From positions 1 through 64,000 of the IMG/VR virus record IMGVR_UViG_3300031949_000016: DNA of 64,000 bases. One strand, given 5' to 3'. Shown in pieces: positions 9,573 through 19,231 of this stretch; the stretch's first letter is position 1; each line of letters opens with the position of its first letter. This DNA is from a virus (taxonomy: Duplodnaviria; Caudoviricetes). Position numbers and translations under genes: made by a program. A model generated the notes under the pieces. That model saw nothing but the letters and a program-made list of their open reading frames with translations. It was not told the origin of the DNA and ran no database searches.

Positions 9573-10100
9573 CTAACTCCCCCGCCCCACCAACCGTTGC
9601 AGCGTATAAAACGCAATCTCGTCCGTCGCCAACTCCCCCGTAAACAAACTCAACACGATCGCCGCCGGAAACACATTCTTCACCTGGTCTTCCTTAAACT
9701 TCGTGATGTCCGCCTTCAACCCGATCCCGTGCCAATACTCCCCGTTCACGAAGATCACCGTCACCGCCCCGAAACCGTACAGTACGAAGTCCAACACCTG
9801 CCCGCCCGGTCGCCGGCCTCCCAACACCGGCGTCTGAAACTGGATATTCCGGTCCGTCCAGCCCAGCCGCTTCAACATCCGGTACACCCGCTCCTCCAAA
9901 TCGCTCGCCGGCCTCCCCTGCACCGTCCTCGGCAGCGCCTCCGTCTTATCGACCGGCTTCACCGCCACAAACTGCCGGCTCAGCGCATTCTCCTCCGTCT
10001 TCCGCGGCAACGGATACTCCCCGTGCTCGCCGAACTTCCGCCGCCGTTTCCCAACCTCCCCCCTCCCGAATGTCCCTTTTCCAAATTCCGCATTCATCAT
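9573..10100 (-). CDS. Vsr/DUF559-like PD-(D/E)XK endonuclease
   Basis: SDLEERVYRML, FQTPV, LDFVL and VNGEYWHG match the family pattern. Confidence 0.6.
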   Translation of the reverse strand: MMNAEFGKGTFGRGEVGKRRRKFGEHGEYPLPRKTEENALSRQFVAVKPVDKTEALPRTVQGRPASDLEERVYRMLKRLGWTDRNIQFQTPVLGGRRPGGQVLDFVLYGFGAVTVIFVNGEYWHGIGLKADITKFKEDQVKNVFPAAIVLSLFTGELATDEIAFYTLQRLVGRGS

Positions 10101-10113
10101 TCCACATTCCGCA

Positions 10114-12678
10114 TTAACTGATACTCTTAAACACGATATTCCCCGTCAAGTTCAGCTTGTCGTCACTCCACTCCCCCGTCACCAAACTCACCGGGTCCAG
10201 ATGCCCCTTCAGCCCCGCGATACTCTGCCCCGCGTATGGCGCCGGAAACTGGATCGTCAGCGGCGTCGCATCTTCCTTCCACAACTCAATCTGGTCGATC
10301 AGCGCATCCACCGTCTGCCGCGTGTCCTTGCCCGTCATCAACATGATCCGATCCGCCAATGACATATCGAACACGAAATCGTAAACGACCTCGTTCATCT
10401 GCACCAACCGCAGTTCATAGGCGTTCAACAGCGCCGGCGTCAATCCGTCGCACACCATCCGGTACCGGAATCTTACCTTGTGCCCCGTCACATCCTCGCT
10501 GCCCAGCACGATCCTCTGAAACGGTGACGTATTCGCCGCCGTCGTCAACTTCGTCCACGTCCCCGTCAGGTAATCCGCGTCGTCCAACTGGTACTCGATC
10601 TCAATGTATCGCGTTGCCCCAGTCAGGTTCTTCGTGCTCAACCGCAGGTGGTGGAAGAAATGATCCAACTGCGGGCTGTCTGCGTCGAGCCACGCCGTCA
10701 CCAAATATCCCTCCGGCCAGTACCGCATATCGGGGTCGTTCGCCGGATTGTGCAAATCGTCGGGCATCGTCAAATAAAACAACTCGTTCCAGTTCGCCAT
10801 CCACAACCGGTTAGCCTGGCCCGGCACCGTCTGATACCACAGCCCGCTCTGCCCGCGCGCCGCCGACGGCCACCGCCACAAACAGTGCCAATCCCCGCCC
10901 GGGTCCGTCGTCACCATCACCCCCGACCTGCCGTTCTCGTTCCGGTACGACGCATACAGCTTATTCGCCACCGGCACCAGATCCACGATGTGCCCGCGCG
11001 CATTGCTCGGCATCCCCGTCCCCCGGTCCGGACCGATGTCGTCCAGAGTCGAACCATACAATCGCTCCAGTCCACCCAAAAACGCCAGGAACAACTGCGT
11101 ATTCCACCACGCCATCGCCTGATTGTTCCGCTCGTCGCGCGCCCGCTCGGTCGTCAGCGGCACCTTGCTGAATTTCCCGTTCTTCAGCGCCCAGATCGAA
11201 TCGTCAAAGCCCGCGTTCAACTGGTTATCGTAATCCACGATCGCGTTCAAATCCGCCTCGCGCACGTTCACCTTGATCGCAGGAAATTCCCAGTTCAAGT
11301 CCGTTGCAAAGTCGGCCGGCGCCGGCGCTACATTCACCTCGTTCGTCATCTTCGCCCCGGCGATCACCGGCGAACCCTTCGTATGGTGCGTCGTTGCGCA
11401 CAACAGCGTAAACTTACCCGCGCTGCTCTCCTCCTCGAAATCGCGCTTCCAGTCGCTGCCGTCCTTACGCTCGCGCATCCGCCTCATGCTCACGCTGTCG
11501 CCCTGCGCGAAGTACACGAAATCACCGAACACAACCACGTCCGTCGGCCCCGTCAGCCCGCTGTCCGACAATGCGCTCGTGGCATTGATCCGATCATTCT
11601 CCTCCGTCCATCGCTCGCTGCCCAAAATCACGTACACGCTGCCGCCCGGCGTCGGCGCGATCGGCCACGGATCGTCAGAACTGATCGTGAGCGTCGTAGA
11701 CGTGTTGTCAATGATCGTCCGGTACTCCCCCTTATTCGTTCCGTCGATGATCAAACACGAGCAACCGACCCACTGGTCCGTCGCCCACGATCGGGAGGAG
11801 TCAGTCAGCGTCGTCGTGCTCTGCGACCCCTTCGCCACCCCCCGATCGCCGTTCATAATCACCCGGCCCGATCCGTTGGGGTACATCACCAGCGCGTACA
11901 ACTGCCGCTTGTACTCGAAAAACTTCACCTTCTTCAGCGCCTTCACCTGCGCTGCCGACACTCGGAAGTACGGTGCCATCGAATCTGCCGTACACATCAC
12001 CTGCCACTGGTTTTCCGCCGTCCCCCCCGTCGTGCTCACGGCCAGCTGGTAATCCCCGTCAGCCGCGAAATCGGCGGCGAATGCGACCCGCACGTAGTGC
12101 AACTCGTTGTGCGTGACGGCGCCCGGCGCGATCGTCGTGGATACGCCGGTCTGAATGACGCCGCCGCCCAGAACAGGATTGATCTCGATCGTCAACGATT
12201 GCGCTGGCGTGCCTAACTTCCGAATGGGAAGATACAAATAGAACGAGGTAAACGTCGTCGTGGTCGTAAAGTTCCTGGATAGCGCCCCCGTGTTCGGCAC
12301 CTGCACAATCTTGACCGTATCGTCGGAAGAGATCGTGCCCGGCGAGTCCAGCCACGGCATTGCCTGAAACGACTTCTCGCACGGTGCCTCCGTATCCTGC
12401 CCGTACCCGAAGATCAACATCGGGCCATTGCACACCTGGCCCGCCACTTGAGACCATAAATTGTATGAATCGAAAAACTTCGTCTGATCCGCGCTCAGCC
12501 GCTCGTTGCCGCGTCCGCCGCTCCAATCGCCCTGGCCAACCGCCTTGCGCTCCGCCCCCGCCCCGCGCGGCAGCCGCCGGATCCCCGTCTTGCCCGGCGT
12601 CTGAAACCCAAGCGTCACGGTTCCATCCGTCAGCGTAATCGTATATTCCGGTCGTCCTGGCGTCGCCCGTGGTGTCAT
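10114..12678 (-). CDS. tail nozzle / tubular protein B-like virion protein (start moved to MTPRAT)
   Basis: Large beta-rich ORF between the adaptor and the fibre, as in the podoviral order. The ATG at 12678 follows GGGGG. The function call is positional. Confidence 0.55.
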   Translation of the reverse strand: MTPRATPGRPEYTITLTDGTVTLGFQTPGKTGIRRLPRGAGAERKAVGQGDWSGGRGNERLSADQTKFFDSYNLWSQVAGQVCNGPMLIFGYGQDTEAPCEKSFQAMPWLDSPGTISSDDTVKIVQVPNTGALSRNFTTTTTFTSFYLYLPIRKLGTPAQSLTIEINPVLGGGVIQTGVSTTIAPGAVTHNELHYVRVAFAADFAADGDYQLAVSTTGGTAENQWQVMCTADSMAPYFRVSAAQVKALKKVKFFEYKRQLYALVMYPNGSGRVIMNGDRGVAKGSQSTTTLTDSSRSWATDQWVGCSCLIIDGTNKGEYRTIIDNTSTTLTISSDDPWPIAPTPGGSVYVILGSERWTEENDRINATSALSDSGLTGPTDVVVFGDFVYFAQGDSVSMRRMRERKDGSDWKRDFEEESSAGKFTLLCATTHHTKGSPVIAGAKMTNEVNVAPAPADFATDLNWEFPAIKVNVREADLNAIVDYDNQLNAGFDDSIWALKNGKFSKVPLTTERARDERNNQAMAWWNTQLFLAFLGGLERLYGSTLDDIGPDRGTGMPSNARGHIVDLVPVANKLYASYRNENGRSGVMVTTDPGGDWHCLWRWPSAARGQSGLWYQTVPGQANRLWMANWNELFYLTMPDDLHNPANDPDMRYWPEGYLVTAWLDADSPQLDHFFHHLRLSTKNLTGATRYIEIEYQLDDADYLTGTWTKLTTAANTSPFQRIVLGSEDVTGHKVRFRYRMVCDGLTPALLNAYELRLVQMNEVVYDFVFDMSLADRIMLMTGKDTRQTVDALIDQIELWKEDATPLTIQFPAPYAGQSIAGLKGHLDPVSLVTGEWSDDKLNLTGNIVFKSIS

Positions 12679-12726
12679 CCAATCCCCCAAATGACCAATG
12701 ACCAATTACTAATTACCAATTACTTG

Positions 12727-14337
12727 TCACCGATCCGGTATATAAGAGAAGTTCTGCACCACCGGGTTACGGCTCCAGTGTCCCCCCTTCGCCCGCTCCC
12801 GCTGCTCCCGCGCAATCAAATCATTCAACTGCAGCGTAATCAACCGCTCGTCCGCCCCCGGCTGGAACAGACGCCAGCGCACGCATTTGACAGCCGTCGC
12901 AATCGACAGCCACGCCAGACTATACAACTCGCTGATCGACTGGCTGGCCGTCCTCACCTGCGGCGCGTCCACCTGGTACTCCACCCTAACCGTATCCCCG
13001 CCCCACCTCGAACTGAGACCGTCGTTGATCCTCAATATCCCGTGCTCGAATGACCAGTACGGCAGTTCCACCCACGTCACATTCCCATCCGCGTCCGTCG
13101 GAGTTCCCTGCCATACCTTCAAAATACGCGCGCCCGTCGTCAGCCCCGTCACGCTCCCCGCCAATGCGTACTCGCTGTTGCTGGAGAAATCGGCCACCAG
13201 AATATCCACCGTAGCCCGATAATCCCGGATCTCCCGTAGCGTCTCGTTCAACTTCTGGAACAGCAGCCAGCGTGGATACCGGTTCGCCATCACCCCATAC
13301 TCGTCGTCCGTATTTGTCGACAGCCCGCTCCCGCTCGGCTCAAACGTAATCGTTCCGGTCGCCGCGGTGAAGTCGCTCACGTTCGCAATGACCGGTATGA
13401 AACTCACTGAGGCGGCGTATGAGTATGAGGCGTAAATGGGGCCGGACTGCGGGTCGCTCGTCGGGAAGATCAGGTGCAGCGCCCCGGTTTCGTAGTCGAT
13501 CGTCCCGCGAATCTTGTAATAGAAGTAGTCCACGGTCAGCGGCTTCACATCCGTCGTCACCGACCATGCGCCTGTGTCGTAGTCGATCGCGCCCTCGATC
13601 TCGCCGCCGCGCAGCAAATTACCATTGCTATCGTCTGTCCACTTAAATCCGACAGCAACTGCAGACTCCATGGCCACGCTGCCCGGCTCGACCGGGAAGT
13701 GATCGAGAGTTGTGTCCAGGGTGTAGTACGAGTAACTTACGCTGGCCGCATTTCCAAAGGAATTGACAATCGCCCACACGCCAGTCTCATAATTGATCGA
13801 GCCGATGAACAGCCCGGTGTCAGGCTCATATATTTCACCAAGAGCATTATCAACGAGAAGAATCGAATCGGTAGTCGTGAACTGAATCGTTCCAGGCACA
13901 GCATAAGGATGCCCCAGTGTGCCCTCAAAATCATCTGGTGATATGATCTCGTCGGCAACATCTGTGACGGTCCCAATCACCTCGGCCCCAACCGACCCCG
14001 TCGTCGTCACGATATTCCCGTCGCTGTCGTCCACCGTCGTGCCCAGCGGCGTCGTCACACTCAGCGTCCCAGCCAGTGGCGGGAAGTTCGTCGTCCCGTC
14101 GAATGTCGAAGAATTATCTACCGCCCCCACCTCCTCGGCCGTCACACCAAGCGCATTGTTGCTCGTCTTCCAAAAGAACACACCGTCGTTAAACTCATCG
14201 TCGGCCGTGCCCAGCTTCGCCGCCCCCACGTGCGTATCCTTCAGCGTCGTCGTTGACCCATCGCCCGTCGCCGCCCCCTCGATCACCGCCTCCAGATTGC
14301 GTCCCACTTCCAGCAGCACATCAAACACCTTAGGCAT
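12727..14337 (-). CDS. head-tail adaptor-like protein with internal G.I(D/N)Y.TG beta-repeats (true start MPKVFD; the track's extension to 15018 is spurious)
   Basis: GGAGG RBS before the ATG at 14337. The upstream extension overlaps the 14439..14981 gene and repeat DNA. It has a ATGDGSTTTLKDT N-terminal motif and a helical C-terminus. Confidence 0.55.
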   Translation of the reverse strand: MPKVFDVLLEVGRNLEAVIEGAATGDGSTTTLKDTHVGAAKLGTADDEFNDGVFFWKTSNNALGVTAEEVGAVDNSSTFDGTTNFPPLAGTLSVTTPLGTTVDDSDGNIVTTTGSVGAEVIGTVTDVADEIISPDDFEGTLGHPYAVPGTIQFTTTDSILLVDNALGEIYEPDTGLFIGSINYETGVWAIVNSFGNAASVSYSYYTLDTTLDHFPVEPGSVAMESAVAVGFKWTDDSNGNLLRGGEIEGAIDYDTGAWSVTTDVKPLTVDYFYYKIRGTIDYETGALHLIFPTSDPQSGPIYASYSYAASVSFIPVIANVSDFTAATGTITFEPSGSGLSTNTDDEYGVMANRYPRWLLFQKLNETLREIRDYRATVDILVADFSSNSEYALAGSVTGLTTGARILKVWQGTPTDADGNVTWVELPYWSFEHGILRINDGLSSRWGGDTVRVEYQVDAPQVRTASQSISELYSLAWLSIATAVKCVRWRLFQPGADERLITLQLNDLIAREQRERAKGGHWSRNPVVQNFSYIPDR

Positions 14338-14351
14338 ATTCCAGCCTCCAT

Positions 14352-14389
14352 CCCCTCTCCCTATTAGGGAGAGGGTTAGGGTGAGGGTC
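14352..14389. repeat. CCCTCTCCC-N4-5-GGGAGAGGG..GGGGTGAGGG palindromic repeat, intergenic copy
   Basis: Same element as the five in-frame copies in the giant ORF. Confidence 0.8.
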
Positions 14390-14438
14390 AATCCCACCAG
14401 GAGATGGGGATTATTCCATCCCACTCGCCACATGAGAC

Positions 14439-14981
14439 CTACTTCCCGCACATCCAGTACAAAAGACTGGTCACATCGCTCTGGGTAACGATCGAGAATG
14501 CCGTCGAAGACGAGATGAATACGGTAGGCGAGATAGGCGTTGACGATCCGAGCGTCCCGCACACGGTCGGCGTCACGCTGAAACCATGCACAATGGAGTC
14601 GCCACTGGTGTAGTCCGTCGCCACGCCGTATTTGATCGCTCCTGAAAACGTAGCCCCGGCCAGCGTGATCGGCCCCGTGGCCGACACCCCCCCCGCCGCC
14701 GTCACCTGGAACAGACTCGCCCCGCTCACATTGTTCAACTGCAGCGCCGGCAACGTCGGCGTCGTATACAACGTCAGACTGATCGGCGACAGATCCCCGT
14801 CCGGCTTCACAAACACCTGCCGGAACGTATTCGGCACCGACTGCGAACCGATCCCCTGGCCCGCCTGCGGCGTGCCCGTCGGAAGAATTGCCCCCAACGC
14901 CGCCGCCACCACCGCCAACATCAACGCCACCCGCAACGTCACATGCCTCGTCAGCACAGCCCCAAGGGGTGTCTTCGACAT
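14439..14981 (-). CDS. virion-associated protein with N-terminal hydrophobic/signal-like segment
   Basis: GGAGG RBS; VALMLAVVAAALGAIL hydrophobic run followed by a beta-rich body. Confidence 0.6.
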   Translation of the reverse strand: MSKTPLGAVLTRHVTLRVALMLAVVAAALGAILPTGTPQAGQGIGSQSVPNTFRQVFVKPDGDLSPISLTLYTTPTLPALQLNNVSGASLFQVTAAGGVSATGPITLAGATFSGAIKYGVATDYTSGDSIVHGFSVTPTVCGTLGSSTPISPTVFISSSTAFSIVTQSDVTSLLYWMCGK

Positions 14982-15030
14982 CTCTGCCTCCTGCTGTCAT
15001 GCCCGTGAAAACGGGCATCCAGTATTATTT

Positions 15031-15441
15031 CTACTCGATCACCTTATTCATCGCAAACCCCAGGATGTACGCCGACCCGCTCGTCGGTGCCGACGTAAAT
15101 CCCGCCGCTTCCCCGTTCTGCGCCGTGAAACTTGGCGTATCCTTCGCCAGCAGCACCGCGAAATCGTCCGGGTCGTCCGGGCCCTCCCACAGCACCACGA
15201 AGATGTCCCACAATGCCGAGTCCGCCGGAAACGTAATCCCCGTGGCCGACTCGACATCCGTTTTCGCATTCGCCGCTGTCGCCCACGTCGCCGTCACCGC
15301 CACCGGCGATGACGCCGCCAGCTGCACATTGCCCCACTTTCCAGTCGCCTCGCTATAGATCAGCCGGTCGCCGTGCGCCAGCTCGGGCGTGATCAACACG
15401 TTGGAAATATCGTTCAACCGGAACCCCATCGCTCCGCTCAT
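15031..15441 (-). CDS. small structural protein (hypothetical)
   Basis: GGAGG RBS before the ATG at 15441; lies in the capsid-neck gene block. Confidence 0.6.
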   Translation of the reverse strand: MSGAMGFRLNDISNVLITPELAHGDRLIYSEATGKWGNVQLAASSPVAVTATWATAANAKTDVESATGITFPADSALWDIFVVLWEGPDDPDDFAVLLAKDTPSFTAQNGEAAGFTSAPTSGSAYILGFAMNKVIE

Positions 15442-15538
15442 ACCCACCTCCCGCTATTGTCATTCCCGCACGTTGTTAGCGGGATTAGAAACACTCCGCG
15501 CCCGTCTGTCGTGGAACCTACGGCAGTCCCCCCGCCGC

Positions 15539-15835
15539 CTACCCCAACTTCGTCACGGTATACCCCGGCCTCGTCCGCAAATCCGCCACGATCTGCTCCA
15601 CCGTCATCTTGATCTTCGGGTCGAGCAGCGCCGCGTTCAGAATCCCCCGCCCCTCGTTGATCGCAATCCCGAACACCTTCCCGCTGTAGTTTGGATTCTG
15701 CGTCTTGATGAGGTACTGCGCCCCGATCGAATCGATCGGCATCACATCATCGGGCGTCGCATCCGCTACCATCGTGCCCGCCACAGCCGTGGCCGCACCC
15801 TTCACCTCTTCGTCCTCTTTCAACTTCGTTGCCAT
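15539..15835 (-). CDS. hypothetical protein (start MATKLK)
   Basis: GGAG/GAGG upstream; lies in the structural block. Confidence 0.6.
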   Translation of the reverse strand: MATKLKEDEEVKGAATAVAGTMVADATPDDVMPIDSIGAQYLIKTQNPNYSGKVFGIAINEGRGILNAALLDPKIKMTVEQIVADLRTRPGYTVTKLG

Positions 15836-15999
15836 CGTCCTCGCTCCTATCGCGTCACACCTGTAACTATCCGTCATTCCCGCCCCGGCGGGCGGGAATC
15901 CAGCCTACGCCGTTCATCATCAGCCCGGTCGAGGCGGAAGCCCACCCCGACCGGACTACGCGACTATTGCACTATCTAACTATGCAACTATCGCACTAC

Positions 16000-16371
16000 C
16001 TACGCCACCAGGTAATCGGCCGCCGGTCCGCTCACGATCCCGGCCGTCACCGTGTAGCCAGATACCGCCGCCGTACCCGTCACTGACAGGCTCAACGACA
16101 GATACTTCTTCTTGCTCTGCACGACCAGATACCTAACGCCGGTCGCGTTCGATGTGACATTCGGGAACGTGGCAAGATTCACGAAACTCGCGCTCGCAGA
16201 ATCGGAATCAGCCACGGTCGCCGTCATTGAGCCATAGGTATGGCCCGCGATCAGCGCCGTCACCAACTCGATCCCGATCCCGGCCGCCGGCGTCTTGTCG
16301 ATCGTGATCACCACGCTCGGCGTCGTCGTCACCGTCTCCGCGTTGAAAAACAGCAAACCAGAGTCAAACAT
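16000..16371 (-). CDS. capsid cement/decoration protein (BPP-1 Bbp16-like)
   Basis: MFDSGLLF..ETVT.T....ID N-terminus, beta-rich, immediately after the MCP; AAGGAG RBS. Confidence 0.6.
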   Translation of the reverse strand: MFDSGLLFFNAETVTTTPSVVITIDKTPAAGIGIELVTALIAGHTYGSMTATVADSDSASASFVNLATFPNVTSNATGVRYLVVQSKKKYLSLSLSVTGTAAVSGYTVTAGIVSGPAADYLVA

Positions 16372-16448
16372 TGTTTCGTCTCCTTGCGCAATTGCACACA
16401 GCGTAGGTTATGGATGTTCATGACAAACAACCATAAACCGGCACTATG

Positions 16449-17420
16449 TCAACTTGCGGCCATCTTGAAACCCTTCATCACGCCGATGGCGTAACGTCCG
16501 GCATTCCGCAGCCCGATCACCCAGTCGATCCGGCGCATGTACGCCGGCGTCGTTTGCAACTCGGCTCCGTTCGTAGGGTCGCGTGGATCCGTACTCGTGC
16601 CGTCCAACTGGATCACTGCCAGACCATCGTCGCCGCCCCAGCGCACCCCGAAGATCTCCGACCCCACCGCGTCGGCATACAACGCATTGCTGATGATCTC
16701 CGTCGATTGGTCGGCCTGCAATCCAACGTCCACCAACTTAGCGTCACCGAACATATCCCACTTCCGGCCGAAGTTGTCCTGCGTCGTGTTCAGCAGGCCC
16801 AGCCGGCGCAGCACCGCGCCGAACTTCAGGTACGTGTTCTCGTTCATCAGCAGCGCATTCGCGCCCGTCACGTGCACCAGCTGGTGCAGCCCGTCCAGGA
16901 AAGCGTGCTCGCTGGCCGCATCCGCCAGCGCCTTCAGCGTCACCGTCCCGCTCGACGTTCCGAGATCGACCGTCATCCGGCTCGTCAGGTTGGATACCCG
17001 CTTGCGCAATCCCTCGAACCCAAATGGGTCGGTCGCATGATCTCCGAGAATGAAGTCCGTCGAGAACTTATACGCCATGCTCTCGACCTTCATTTTCGTC
17101 TGGATCGTCAGCGGATCCTCGACCAACGTCTTGTCCTTGGTGGCCACGTAGTCCACCGTAATCTCGCCGCCGTAGATGTGGAGCGTCTCGCTCGTCTGTT
17201 CGACCGTGCCCGTGCTGGGCGTCCACGCCGCATTCAGCGCGCGCGTGCCGCTCGCCGGCAGCGTCTGCCAGCGCGTCCCGGTGACTTTCAGCCCAGGCAC
17301 CGACTTGATCGGCGCCAGTTGCAGCAGCTTGCTGTTCCGCAGCAAGTCTGCGATGACGGCCTTCTCCATCTCCTGGCCGTCGCCCTTCAGTTTCATGATC
17401 TCGCTCAAAGTAGGGGCCAT
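16449..17420 (-). CDS. major capsid protein, HK97 fold (BPP-1 Bbp17-like)
   Basis: 323 aa; N-terminal PTLSEI, E-loop region and DPFGFEGLRKR motif. It sits between the scaffold and the cement gene; GGAGG RBS. Confidence 0.8.
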   Translation of the reverse strand: MAPTLSEIMKLKGDGQEMEKAVIADLLRNSKLLQLAPIKSVPGLKVTGTRWQTLPASGTRALNAAWTPSTGTVEQTSETLHIYGGEITVDYVATKDKTLVEDPLTIQTKMKVESMAYKFSTDFILGDHATDPFGFEGLRKRVSNLTSRMTVDLGTSSGTVTLKALADAASEHAFLDGLHQLVHVTGANALLMNENTYLKFGAVLRRLGLLNTTQDNFGRKWDMFGDAKLVDVGLQADQSTEIISNALYADAVGSEIFGVRWGGDDGLAVIQLDGTSTDPRDPTNGAELQTTPAYMRRIDWVIGLRNAGRYAIGVMKGFKMAAS

Positions 17421-17517
17421 GTTTATTGCCTCCGCAAATTAGCCTCTGGGTCGCGCCTTCCAGTTTTGATCCTGAAGAGAGCGCCACCATCTTCATCGCC
17501 CCACGTCTGTCACCCGA

Positions 17518-18324
17518 CTAATAGCCTTTGCCCGACTGCCTTCTTCGCTTCTCAGCCAGTTCATACAGTTCGTCGGGATCCTCAATGGTAGCGATGGTAT
17601 TGCGTGTCGCGGCCCCACCGCTCGGCCCCAGCGCCGGCAACTGCCCCGGCCGGGCCGGTTGCCCGGCCTTCGCCTCGCGCGCCAATCGCGCCCGCTTCGC
17701 CTGGCCCGCCGCCTTGATGGACTCGTAATACGCTTCCTCTTCGACACCCTTGGTTTTGACCATCTTGACCTCGGGATCGTTGAGTTCAAGTCCCCAGGCT
17801 TCGCCCAGACGCTCGCCCTGCTGGGTCACGTACTCGGTGTACGCCTTCCACGCCTGTTGTTCGTCAAGTTGTTCTTCGTCCGTCCCAGGCTCAGGCTGAA
17901 CCTGCTGGCGGGTCTTCGCCGCCTGCGCCTGCTCCTGTTCCCGTTGCTCCACCAACAGCGCCGTCATATCCTCGTCAAAAAACTGCTGGCCCAAGGCGGC
18001 CGCCGCCGTCTCTTCCACGCCCCGTTTCTTGGCCGTCTCCGTGACCCGCGCCGCTTGCGTCTTGCTCGCCTCAATTCGCTTGAGGATGTTGCTCTCGATC
18101 GCGCTCGCGCGTTTGTCCATGCCGCTCTGCATCTGCTTGCTAAATTGCTGCGTCAGCGTTCTAGCCTGCTCCTGCAGCGCCGCCTGAACATCCGCCCATG
18201 TCAATTCCGGCTCGCTTGGCGCCGCGACGGGGGGCTTCTCGCCGGCAGCCAACGCGGGCTGCGTCCCATCGGGCGTCAAAAGTTCCGGTTCGACACTCTG
18301 TCCTGTGTGTGTTACGCTTCCCAT
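17518..18324 (-). CDS. capsid scaffolding protein
   Basis: Helical, Q/A/E-rich ORF directly upstream of the MCP; AAGGAG RBS. Confidence 0.65.
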   Translation of the reverse strand: MGSVTHTGQSVEPELLTPDGTQPALAAGEKPPVAAPSEPELTWADVQAALQEQARTLTQQFSKQMQSGMDKRASAIESNILKRIEASKTQAARVTETAKKRGVEETAAAALGQQFFDEDMTALLVEQREQEQAQAAKTRQQVQPEPGTDEEQLDEQQAWKAYTEYVTQQGERLGEAWGLELNDPEVKMVKTKGVEEEAYYESIKAAGQAKRARLAREAKAGQPARPGQLPALGPSGGAATRNTIATIEDPDELYELAEKRRRQSGKGY

Positions 18325-18344
18325 TCCGCTCCTTGGTTGAAGTG

Positions 18345-18412
18345 AAATAAAAAAACGCGCCGACCGAGCACCCGTAGGGTGATCAATCGGCGCGTTCTTC
18401 TCCGTTAGCCGT
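18345..18412 (-). ncRNA. conserved leader hairpin/attenuator motif, copy upstream of the scaffold
   Basis: ACGGCTAACGGAGAAGAACGCGCCGA-[hairpin]-TCGGCGCGTTTTTTTATTT. The same frame recurs at 49622, 55205 and 27201. Confidence 0.6.
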
Positions 18413-18494
18413 CGCAGATGTCGGCTGCTTCTACCGACAACTGCCTATTCGGTTGTCACGTCATTCTCACGAAGGTGGGAATCCAGCCTAATAA

Positions 18495-18884
18495 CTACGG
18501 AATATTCGTGCCCTCCACTCCGCGTTTAACCCTCCCCGTCGTGCGTTCCTTCAGACAGTCGAGGCCACGCCGGATGAACGTAAGGGCCGACTCATTCTCG
18601 TGGCACGCAAACGCCCCCGTCTGAAACCCTTCCAGACGATCGATGGCGATCGCCAATAAATCCTCGTTCGTAATCCCGTTAATGCCCACCTCACCCACCG
18701 GCCCGCGCTGAAAACTAATGACGGTGCTGCTGGTGATCTCGTCGTTGATGCGGTACGAGACAACATAGAGATGTGATGCTCCGCCGTTATTATCGTCGCG
18801 CGGGTCCGCCTTGATTGTGCCTGAGCCAAGTGCGCCAACAGGGTGCCACTCAACCGCTCTGTCCAGCCTCGTATTTTCACTCAT
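18495..18884 (-). CDS. Acb2/Tad1-family anti-defence signalling-nucleotide sponge
   Basis: FQRGPVGEVGINGITNEDLLAIAIDRLEGFQTGAFACHENESAL...L..RT..R..RGVEGT closely follows the Tad1/Acb2 family pattern. Confidence 0.8.
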   Translation of the reverse strand: MSENTRLDRAVEWHPVGALGSGTIKADPRDDNNGGASHLYVVSYRINDEITSSTVISFQRGPVGEVGINGITNEDLLAIAIDRLEGFQTGAFACHENESALTFIRRGLDCLKERTTGRVKRGVEGTNIP

Positions 18885-19210
18885 GGAGTCACCTTCTCGA
18901 ACGTATACGTCTCCGTCCCATCCGCGTTCCGTCCCACCACGCCCCGGTACTCCGTCGGCATCACCCCCATCGGCACCACGTCAAACTTATCGCTCCATGC
19001 CTCATACTCTATCGAGTGGTAAGCGTACATCTGCTCAGCCCGCACCACAATCATGCCCGACAATACCTTCGCCACGAGCCGTGGATTATAGGACAAAAGA
19101 TCGTTATGGATCGTAAACTTCCCAAACCGATTACCCAATTCCAGCAGCGTCGGCGGTGCCGGCATATTCTCAACTAACTCTTCCTCGGAGATTCCCGTCT
19201 CGTATGGCAT
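18881..19210 (-). CDS. phage hypothetical protein
   Basis: 109-aa ORF with an ATGA overlap to the next gene. Confidence 0.6.
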   Translation of the reverse strand: MPYETGISEEELVENMPAPPTLLELGNRFGKFTIHNDLLSYNPRLVAKVLSGMIVVRAEQMYAYHSIEYEAWSDKFDVVPMGVMPTEYRGVVGRNADGTETYTFEKVTP

Positions 19211-19231
19211 CTACTCTAACTCCAACTCAAA

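Noticed and set aside
14338-15018. N-terminal 227 aa of the track ORF 12727..15018
   Set aside because: It overlaps a better gene (14439..14981) and intergenic repeats. A strong RBS marks the real start at 14337.
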